DNA of 61,888 bases, filler included, from Syncephalis fuscata S228 (Eukaryota > Fungi > Zoopagomycota), in NCBI GenBank assembly GCA_025786725.1. It is 5 parts of 5 records of this genome, joined end to end, with 100 filler letters (N's around TTAATTAATTAA, not from the genome) between each part and the next. Parts side by side here need not be neighbours in the genome. Positions count along the whole stretch, not along the records: positions 17,814 to 30,487 come from JAHLTZ010000262.1; positions 30,588 to 38,652 come from JAHLTZ010000320.1; 3 more parts are not named here. One strand, given 5' to 3'. The notes beneath the pieces are model-generated. The model was not told the DNA's origin and did no database searches. It saw only the letters and a list, made by a program, of their open reading frames with translations. The translations under genes were made by a program, and so were the position numbers. Positions 27,167-37,342 of this stretch are shown here, piece after piece (position 1 is the first letter of the stretch; every line of letters starts with the position of its first letter).

Positions 27167-27867
27167 ATGGCTACACCCTGCCATACGTGTGGTAGTATAA
27201 ACGCTACCAAACAAACCTGCACGTTCAAAAACGCACGTTCTCTGAAACTTATATCCCGCAAGGCAACGCAAAGACCTTGAAAAAGGTCCGTGCAACAAAG
27301 TCCGTATCACGACCGATACGCGACTTGCGTGCGCCATTCTTTGTCGCATTTACATTTAGTTTTGCGTTCAATTATTAATTGTCAAGCCGGACTGTCTGCG
27401 AGGCAGTTCCAATGGAAGGTGTCGAGGCAATCGATACCTTCACCTTTCATTCCTACTACTATACACCCACTGGCGCCGCATGCGAGGCGGTGCCAATGGA
27501 GGGTGTTGAATACACTGGGCCGTGCAAAATTGCGCCAGCACATACAAGCGGAAATGAGACGGTTTGCAAAATAGCCGTCCCAAAGTTGCGACTCAATAAT
27601 GTTGCGCACAACATCCGCGCGGTGCCACCTGCAAGTACGAACGATGACAAGGTGGAACAAAAACTAGCGGTTCCAAAGCCGCGATCTCGCACTATCGTAA
27701 GCCAAAACCAGTAAATGTGTGCAAAAAGAAGCCGATCCAAGAGAAGCTGACCGCAGAAGTGGTCGCTTCAGAATACCAAGTTGATAGCTTGGAGTTTGAC
27801 GAAGAAGAATTTGACAAGTATTACGATAAATACTTTGACAAGGAATATTACAATTATTTTTAAACAA
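27167..27867 (+). pseudogene. GC-richer orphan coding-like segment with an internal duplication; disrupted
   Basis: ORF pieces MATPCHTCGSINATKQTC.., twice CEAVPMEGVE (27397 and 27481), twice KIAVPK/KLAVPK, acidic end EFDEEEFDKYYDKYFDKEYY; frames broken. Confidence 0.4.
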
Positions 27868-29014
27868 GGCAAGTAAATGTATAAATCAAATGAGCAATCC
27901 TAATATTAATTTAGCTATTTTTATCACGGGCGGGACCAGCAGATAAGCAACGCTGTACACCGGGCTTTGTCGCTCCAATACGGAGCTTGACAAGGACTGG
28001 GGACGGCAGTTGCTTATTTTTTGTAATGGGCTAGTCCACAGTTTTCTCATTTCAAGTTGTTTTATTTTGTTCTCTGTATTTTGTACCAATAAATCAGTTT
28101 ATAATCACTAACGATTGCAGCAATCCAATACAAATACCAATCGTTAGACAGTCATTATTAGACAACAAAACACAGCAGTGCTATTTCTGGACTATTAAGC
28201 AATCCAAGTCAATAAGTCGTTTATTGTAAGTAATGTACATATAAATATTAAATATCTACATACATCTAACTAATATCGTTTATTACATTTGCAACAACTA
28301 GAAATTGACGAATTAACTTGCGCATATATATAGTTAATTGACCAGTACAAATGGTTGCTAGCTATGATTATAATGTGTCTATCTACACAACTGCACGATA
28401 TTCTATATGAAAATCGCAAGCTTATAACACCTTCTGCTGACCAATTAAGCCTATTGCTATACAATGGATTTATCGGGTATATCAGCTGCATTAACGCTTA
28501 GTTTCGAGTATAGTGTATGCTTTGTATTAGTGGTGTGCATGCAACTAATGCTACGAATAATGCGCGAAACACACATTGTTTGGTTAAAGTACAGTTAAAC
28601 AATATAGGGCAGCGATATAGATTAGCGCAAGTATTAGCTGGTGCTATTTATTATATAATACAAGTATATTTAGTACGGGATAAATATTAGCGAGTTTTAA
28701 TGAATATGAATGTAGAAAGCTCATAGATTGCTTGTTTTATACTAATCATATAGTATGTATGGCTATTTAAACTTAAAAACAAGTGCAGATATGCTAGCAA
28801 TAAAACACTAATTGTATTGACAATAGTGTGGTGTAAATAGCAATATTTTATAAAACAATGGTGTTTAACTAATGACAATGTCTAGATTTTGAAATAGTGG
28901 CAATATATCCGGTCTATTGTTAGTTATTTAACACTATTAAAAATTTATAGTTTATAGGCACTTCATTAAAATAAGTATCAATCAACATCAGATCAATACA
29001 CTTGATACCACTCG

Positions 29015-29105
29015 TTCAATTGAGCAGTCTATTTGTTTTATTGAACATGGAACTAAGTGGTGAATGACGTTAGGAAGTAGATTTATTAGTATTCTGTACT
29101 CATAC
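29015..29105 (+). repeat. Short fragment of the same repeat family
   Basis: ttattgaacatggaactaagtggtgaatgac..tagatttatt. Confidence 0.55.
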
Positions 29106-30129
29106 ATTCTTTCATCAAATACAATAACATTCGTTTTGCATATTATATTTTAAATATCCATTTATTAGCAAAAAGAGTTTATATCATCGGTGATAATTAT
29201 ATTGATTTAAAATGGATCGGCAAACTTAGCCATTCTATCTTTCCACTCAAATAGATTAACGGTAGCAGAAATACTACTGATTGTCGTAACATCCAAACCC
29301 ATACTATTTAACTGTATTTGCAAATGGCAATATGTATCGAGTGGTACAATTCAAAACAACTTTATTAAAGAGACAGTGACAAGTATAGCAAATCTATGAA
29401 ATAGCTACTTAAACTAAAAAAATGCTATGAGCCATTATATATGAAATTAAGCTAGTTATACATTTAATATCAGTAACCTATCTATTATGAAAATGCCATT
29501 CTAACAAATACTAGCTATAACTGCTATGCAATAAATATATGCTAACATTGCAGCTTGCATTGTTCTATTGCTTACAATCTACACAGCTATTTCGAATACA
29601 TCTACCACAGAAATGTTTTAAAGCATAAAATAACGCCATCACCATATTTAGCAATTATAACCTTTATGATTTTCTCATGCTAAATAATTGCAACTACACA
29701 CTCCGTATGATATTCTATGCGCTATTATTTAGTTACGCAAAACCAGCTATGTAGCCTATTAGGTTCTATCAACAACAGCAGCAATAAAACCATTTAACTC
29801 GTATTTTACGCTTATTTATATGCTTATAATTGTTGCTTTATTTCATTGTAGCATTATAATCCGGTGACTATTAGCCATTTATTGTCATATTAAAGCCTTG
29901 TTTAGTATTTATTGGTAATTCATTGTGCTAGTATGTAATTTTTGAATTACTCTTATAAATAAAACAAAAGTAGATCAAACACATTTAGTAAATACATGTA
30001 ATCGTGTAACCATTGTAGATAGACTAATCCAAACAGCATTCTTACAAGGCCTTTTCTTTCTACTTGCATCCAACACTGTTTTTCCTATCTACTACGTAGT
30101 ACTTTTAGCAACTATTGCTGTTCAACTAT

Positions 30130-30487
30130 GTCTTTGGGTACACATAGTGAACACTTTTGGCAAAACCATGATACCTTGCTGTATTTGTGTCGTTTTATGG
30201 AAGGGAAAAAACTGGTGCTTTTTGCCACCTGCTGTCGACATATTATAAAATAATAGTTGACCAACCCGATTATTGGGAGCGACAATATAGACAAAAGTTT
30301 TGTCTAGGTGATCGACGCGAACAAGACTGGCTTACATGGTATAATCTGGATATCAATCCTACATCAGAATTGAAAAAATCTTCACTCAGTGTAAATCAAG
30401 CAGGCCGGGTACATTTATTATTGTCTGCTGTTGCAACTGTTGATAATGCCGATAATGAATATACATCAGCTAATAGTCATTTGCCGT
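30130..30487 (+). pseudogene. F-box-like gene relic, cut by the contig end
   Basis: FCHLLSTYYKIIVDQPDYWERQYRQKF..DRREQDWLTWY resembles the end of an F-box (C+...i..d..lW...y...F); in-frame stops upstream. Confidence 0.45.
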
Positions 30488-30587
30488 NNNNNNNNNNNNN
30501 NNNNNNNNNNNNNNNNNNNNNNNNNNNNNNNTTAATTAATTAANNNNNNNNNNNNNNNNNNNNNNNNNNNNNNNNNNNNNNNNNNNN
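30488..30587. other. Artificial contig linker
   Basis: N-TTAATTAATTAA-N. Confidence 0.98.
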
Positions 30588-31013
30588 ATGCTGATGCCGG
30601 TGCTGGTACTGGTGCTGGTGCTGATGTCGGTGCTGATGCCGGTGCTGGTACTGGTGCTGGTGCTGATGTCGGTGTTGGTACTGGTGCTGGTGCTGATGTC
30701 GGTGTTGGTGCTGATGTCGGTGTCGGTGCTGATGCCGGTGCTGGTGTCGATGTTGGTGCTGGTGCTGATGCTGGTACTGGTGCTGATGCTGGTACTGGTG
30801 TTGGTGCTGATGCTGGTGTTGGTGTTGGTGTTGATGTCGATGCGGTGTTGGTGCTGATGCCGGTGCTGGTACTGGTACTGGTACTGGTGTTGATGTTGGT
30901 GCTGGTGTCGATGTTGGCGCTGATACCGGTGTTGGTACTGGTGTTGGTGCTAATGCCGGTGTTGGTACTGGTGCTGGTGTTGATGCCGGTGTTGGTACTG
31001 GTGTCCGGCTATC
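30588..31013 (-). repeat. Hexamer-based low-complexity repeat, readable on the minus strand as a Pro/Thr/Ala/Ser-rich exon
   Basis: (GGTGCT/GGTACT/GGTGTT/GATGCC)n; minus strand TTTTAG|ATAGCCGG then SRTPVPTPASTPAPVPTP..; one base missing near 30845. Confidence 0.7.
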
Positions 31014-31529
31014 TAAAATCTATAATAATCAATAAATGTTAGTGTTAGTATCCGGTATCTAAAATTTAAAACAATATATGTATAAAGTTAGTATGTTGCA
31101 ATGTTGTGTAGCCGGCCGCTAGCACACTAAAACAATTTGGTGATTTTTATTTATGATATAAAGCTGTAATTATCAATACAGGTTAGTAAGTTAGTAATCT
31201 AAATTTAAAGTCATCAATATAACATTGGTTGTTATATTGCTTGGTAGCCGGCCGCTAACACACTAATCGCCATTGTCCTTGAACTTGATACTTGATGGCT
31301 TGTAAATCTAAAGCATTATATGCAGAGTTAGTGACTGATTTAAGTTAGTTACTTACCATTGCATAATCAGTGTATCATAAAGAAGGACCGGTAAGTGGTT
31401 TGTTAAAGTGAAAAGGGAAAGAGAAGAAGAGCTGCCAATGCAACATCGTGCTAGCAGGTGTTTACAGGCAGTGCATATAATGGCACTGCTGTATGGCCAG
31501 TACAGAGTGCCACCATATGCTACTACCAT

Positions 31530-31965
31530 AGCTAAACACACTATTGCTAGCACGGTGAGCAATGGAAGGTATAGAGGTAATGATGAGGAGAGGGTGAGGA
31601 GAGGGTGAGAAAGGAACAGTATATGCTTGGTAGCATATATCCAGCATACACTGTTGCTAGTACGGTAAGTAATGGAAGATTGGTGAAAAGGATAGGAAGA
31701 AGGAGTAAAGTGAAAGAGGATGAGAATAGTGTATGCTTGGTAGCATATAGCCAGCATACACTGTTGCTAGTACGGTAAGTAATGGAAGGTTGGTGAAAAG
31801 GATGGGGAAGAAGGAGGGAAGAGAAAGAGGATGATAACAGTGTATGCTTGGTAGCATATATCCAGCATACACTGTTGCTAGTACGGTAAGTAATGGAAGG
31901 TTGGTGAAAAAAAGGATGAAGAGAAAGAGGAAGATAACGGTATATGTTTGGTAGCATATATTGCC
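31530..31965. repeat. Tandem array of ~110-bp units (about 4 copies)
   Basis: (c/t)ttggtagcatata recurs at 31626, 31736, 31847 and 31947; the first three are followed by ccagcatacactgttgctagtacggtaagtaatggaag and a purine tract. Confidence 0.92.
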
Positions 31966-32389
31966 ACAGTTAGCATACTAGCAGCTGCCCACAAGGTAAA
32001 ACGATACCGCTAGCACTGCTGTATGGCGCCATACAGCAGGGCGGTATGTAGTACCGAGACTAGGCATGCTTATACTAACAGACTAACAATGACATATAGC
32101 AAGCAAAGCATATACCGGACTTATGGAAACAAGTGCAAGTGGGAAGGTGGCTAGTGGATAAATGCTGTCAAGTGTGGTGGATGAGAAAGAGGAACGTGTG
32201 ACGCAAATCGTGTGCTATGCGATCGGCAGTCTGTTTTTATAGTGTGGGTGCAAGTGCTGATGTAATATGAATAAACAATTATTATGATTGGTACCAATTG
32301 ACTTGTTTGCCAGCACTCGCCCAGTCAAACTAAACGTTTATTTTATTAAATATTCATTTTTATTAAATTATCAAATCATTAGATTATAT

Positions 32390-33462
32390 TATGATTTGGG
32401 TGTCAAATGACTATTTTTAATAACATTCGCGCAATTGAACTGCACATTCAATCTATTGAACATGGGGACAAGTGGTGAGTTTGATTTAATCGTCACATCA
32501 TCACACTTATTGCTTTTTTGGGGGACAAATGACTAATATTTAATAACGCCCAATCTATTGAACATGATGATGAGTGGTGAGTGACATCAATCATCAAAAT
32601 ACTCATCAGCATAGATTCGTTATCCAGTATGCATATATTCAGTACACATATATATTTTATTTACCTATATCATTCCTGTACTATCCCACACCATTGTATC
32701 CCATTCTACGATAGACTAGACACACTTTATTGTTTATATACACCAACAAACTCCATTCAATCTACTCATTGCGCTATATGCGCTATAGCTTTAACTTTAT
32801 TTTATATGCTTTTTCACCGTACATTTATTATTCTATATAGCATTTTATACTCCCTAAGCCATGCTTTATGCAAATCTGTTTATACTTTTGTTCTAGCTTT
32901 ATTATTAATAAATATCGACTAATGTCGGTTATCTGCTCATGCATATATGCTCAATAACTTTAACATTGCTAATCGTCACTGCGTATTGCATATTCTTTAT
33001 ATTATATGCCGTTTTATTGTCTAATGGCTGCTGGCTATCTATTGCAGCTGTTTTTTTTTGTTTTAGCTCTATTATTAATAAAGTTCGACTAATCTCGCTC
33101 AGCTTGCTCATTAGACTATATATATTTAAAACTCATAGCAAACAGAATGTATTCAATATGTCATAAAATGGTAATGATATAGGTAGATAGTAGATATATG
33201 CATATTGGACAATAAATCTACAATGATGAGTATTTGATGATTGATGTCACTTACCGCCCATCATCATGTTCAATAGATTGGGCGTTATTAAATATTAGTC
33301 ATTTGTCCCCCAAAAAAGCAATAAGTGTGATGATGTGACGATTAAATCAAACTCACCACTTGTCCCCATGTTCAATAGATTGAATGTGCAGTTCAATAGA
33401 TTGAATGTGCAGTTCAATTGCGCGAATGTTATTAAAAATAGTCATTTGACCCCCAAATCATA
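32390..33462. mobile_element. ~1.07-kb non-autonomous element with ~250-bp near-identical terminal inverted repeats (foldback/MITE-like)
   Basis: 32390 tatgatttgggtgtcaaatgactatttttaataacattcgcgcaattgaac.. is the reverse complement of ..gttcaattgcgcgaatgttattaaaaatagtcatttgacccccaaatcata 33462; similarity extends inward to about 32640/33200; no credible ORF inside. Confidence 0.85.
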
Positions 33463-33531
33463 TTGAATTATTAATAAATTGCTATAAATGTAATAAACTT
33501 TATTATAAAATAAGTTTATTCAAAAATATTT

Positions 33532-36431
33532 TTAATTATTGGCTGTTTGAACAAACTGCATTTTTCGTTGTGCCACGACGTATAATTTGCTCTTAGCACA
33601 TTTAGGGATAATAGGATAGTGGCTTCTAAGATATTCAAGACACGCCAAACGAAAGTTTATAAACTCCTCTTTAACATCATTCTGGCGCGCAAGTATTATG
33701 TATGCTGTTCTTGCACCGTGCTTGCTCCATCTCCCGCTTTTATGTGGATGGCTCGTGTCAATGGGATCTTCTTCAATAACAGCATGGGAGGGAAAATACC
33801 ATTTCTCTGTCCAGGTCTCGTAATAGTTAGATGTTGTTAATTGAACGCTTTTTTTCTAAATGAATAAATAGCAAAGTTAATTATGTTCAATGAAGTATTA
33901 AACAAAACAGCTTAAATATTTACAATCAGCTTAAGGTGAAAATCCGCTTCGTTGGAGAATATTCGTCGTCCAAATCTATTAAAGCCTTCTTTATGTTCCT
34001 CCTTTACAAATTCATCCCACTTGTACATAGTAAACACTTCATCCATATAAAGGTCAACAAAAGGCGCCACATTTCCTGGTCCAAGACGATGAGTACAGAA
34101 ATATTGACAGGCTTTATCAAAATGATAGTGTTCAGTCTTAATATGCTTGTGATATTGGCAGTCATCCACTTCTAAGTTGAATTTATAAACTGGGCCACTC
34201 GGCAGACTATTAATGATAGGCAATGATTCGGCTACATCAGTAAAAGTATCAGTATCAGAGGTATTAGTTAAAGTTACAGTAATCCTGTCAGTTTCGAATT
34301 GGCTAAATTCAAAAATGGCTTTCAGTTTATCAACAGTATAAATGTCACTTGTTGACCAACGATTATCATCTGAATTAGACTCGATAAGGTTAGGAAGAAA
34401 ACAAGCACTAGAATCTAGACGGCGATGGTTTTTTAACGTTTGGCCGACAGTGTCGCGCCACTGAGATCTGTCCATCGGGCGGTGGAATACTGCCGATAAC
34501 ATATAGCTAAGCTGGGCAATAAAAGACAGGTGTTGATCTGAGTATCTGTTGCTGACCGAAAGATAATTTGTCTCTACCAGATACCACAAAGCGTTAATTC
34601 TATTGCCAGCATAGGACCAAAGCTGATCAGAATAATTCCAAACAACTTTTTCGTACACTTCAACTCTATAAATAAAAATGTTAGCAAGTATAGTAATTTA
34701 AATTTATATATTACCCAAATTTGTCTTCTATGTTTTGAATGTCGGTATTAAACTCGGTCATAATTAACCGGAATTCAAAACGAACACCATAATTCTTCTT
34801 TTTCATCAATTCAATATTTTTTTCGATTAATTTCTAAAAAGAAATTAATTACAAATCAATAATTGACCATAATTTTGCAAGCACTTACTATAAACTTAAT
34901 GGCACCTCTGCCTTTTTCAAGTACTTCATTTGGGCTGAAATCACGTCCATGACGATCAGAATTGCCTGAAGCTCGTGTATAGAAGGCGTGTTTGCTCAGG
35001 CTGTAGACTTGCATATTTATCAGCCTCGAGCGAACAGTGTTGGTGTGTTTAAAACCACCAAAATTTTCAAAGTTGCAAAAACTATCATAACGACGAGTTG
35101 CTATGAATATAGGTGAAAAAGTCAGTAAACAATAAAATATGATTTGGCAAAACGCATATATATATATATTCTAGCTTACCACTAGCCAAACGGATGGGAT
35201 CATCACTAAAAAAATGAAAAGCAATGTCATCATGGTCTTTAACAAAACCAGTTAACGGATAATTACATTCGATAGGTAAAATAGAAAATCCAACATCAAT
35301 ATATGTTTTATCTAAAGGGATAATGTCCCAATTCAAGTTGAAAGTTTCTAATATTTTTCTAGGCGAATGCAGTGAAATAATACCTTCATCAGGGTACCTT
35401 TTTTTAAATCCTAGTCCCCAAACGATGAAAAAAAATGAATCAAAGTCCTTGGTATCAGGATTATTTAATATTATTCTACGCATTTGCGTAAGAAGTTCGT
35501 CTACTGTATCGGAATATAAACTAACGCTAGTGTTTACTTGAGTAGAATCGTATGATAAAGGAACAGACAAAACTTCACTGTCAGATAAATTATTAAGGGC
35601 AGGTATAAGTACCGAATCCACAAAAAGCTTATGAGTAGCTTGATCAACAGCATATGTATGCTTTGTTTGATTCAAGGATCGCTTATAATACAAGGCGGGA
35701 AAACATATTACAACCTATAATTAAACAATAGTAAAATCACCAATGATTAGCTTAAATAAAACGTATTTTTGTATACATTACCTGTAATTTACCGAATTTA
35801 GCAAAATTTAAATTTGGTATATGGAATATTTTAACGTCTTCACCTTTTGTTAATGTATGGTGATTATAAACAACGCCGGTATCAGACTTGTAAGAGAAAT
35901 TGTAATTGGCCCTGACCATTATATCGATGTCACAAGATGTGACAGGTATTGTTTTAATTTCATCGCAAACTATCGCAATTGAATCAATGTCTCGACGTAT
36001 TTTAGTTTTGGGGGATTCATCAGAAAAGTTTTTAACACAATATTTGTCTTTTAAATCACCAGACACTCCTTGAATATGTGTACGGACATAATTAATATTT
36101 CTAAGATGATAAGGGGCATCGCTTTGCTTATGATCATGCTCTTGAGTGTATCCCTCAAACACGCTGATATTCATACTGCCTATAGTGAAGCTGAAGTTAG
36201 AGTCGTTGCTACAAATTGTACAATATACAGATTAAAATGATACTTACATGTTGAATCATCAGAGGTTATAGGCACGGGACTACTATTCAATTGTTTGACA
36301 CGAGCACGCTTGAATAAAGAAGTAGTATTAGGCTGATTAGCTACACTAGAAGTAGATTGCTCAGCTACACTAGAAGCGGGTTGCTCAACGCGAGCACGCT
36401 TGGCAAAATACGTAGTAATGAGAGAGGACAT
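33532..36431 (-). CDS. Intact 7-exon gene, 837-aa protein of unknown function (DIDS..YIDVG..Q-Y-x3-K..GxRxExR type)
   Basis: Exons 36431-36248, 36179-35782, 35714-35180, 35100-34889, 34833-34715, 34665-33924 and 33855-33532 splice at GT-AG into one 2514-nt frame; N-terminus has KRARV twice (NLS-like). Confidence 0.88.
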
Positions 36432-36829
36432 TTGGGTATTTTTTTGCTTAATGTAACCTGATGAGATACACTGAGTATGCAGATTACTTGGACAAGTGAC
36501 AAAGCACAAGTTAGAGAAAATAAAATAATAAAAATATCAAAAACTAATAAATAAAAGTAGAACAATAACAAGAAAATAAAATAATAAAAATAAAAAAAAA
36601 AAAAATAAATAAAAATAGTATTTGCCATGTGTGACTGACTAGTAATTTAGTGGCCACGGAAATGGCCACTTTGTTACAATGTTACTGTAACAAAATGAAG
36701 GTGTATGCGCATGTTATTTTGCTAAAATAATAATAACATATTTCAACACCACCATTCATTTAACAATAGTACTAGTATTTTATTTAAACGTCATTTATAT
36801 TGTGTTACGTTAATATTTAATAAGCTGTT

Positions 36830-37290
36830 AATAATTTGGTAATCAAATCATTACATTTAATAATACTTATTTCATTGAATATAATGCTAGGTGATGAATA
36901 ACATCAATCATCAAGCCATTTAATTACAATCCGATTTATAATAAAATGACTAATTTAATAATATTTGTCCCATTAAAACCTGCCATTCGTTCTATTGGAT
37001 ATAGAACTGGTGGTGAGTGGTACCAGCTGTCAAAATACTTATTATCGTGGATTTATTATCCAGTACACATCTATATTTTATTTACATATATCACTATAAT
37101 TCTATTGAAACACTACTATATAGCATCATATGATACACTAGACACATTTTGTTTATTATATGCGGCAACACACCTCACTTAATCCACTTATTACGCTGTA
37201 CATTCATTATATTGTATGCCATTTATTGTAAAATGCGTAAGAGCTATGCAACACCATTGCTGTTTTGCTTCTAGATCTATTATTAAATAA
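36830..37290 (+). repeat. Diverged copy of the dispersed repeat family
   Basis: atttggtaatcaaatc..acatcaatcatcaa..aaaatgactaatttaataa..tctattggatatagaactggtggtgagt..gatttattatccagtac..ctagacac. Confidence 0.8.
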
Positions 37291-37342
37291 GCGCGTGTTT
37301 ATGTTTTAGGGCTTTTTATAACAAAAGCGTACCTTAATGTTA

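Noticed and set aside
30588-31042. Plus-strand ORFs of poly(VL/M) as membrane proteins
   Set aside because: They are translations of the hexamer repeat; the minus strand has the splice acceptor and a more natural Pro-rich reading.
31530-31965. Repeat-spacer pattern as a CRISPR array
   Set aside because: Eukaryotic context, constant block of ~60 nt, spacers related to one another, and no cas genes.
31353-33166. Short hydrophobic ORFs in the tandem array and foldback element
   Set aside because: By-products of purine/pyrimidine-skewed and AT-rich repeats; no motifs or consistent splice structure.
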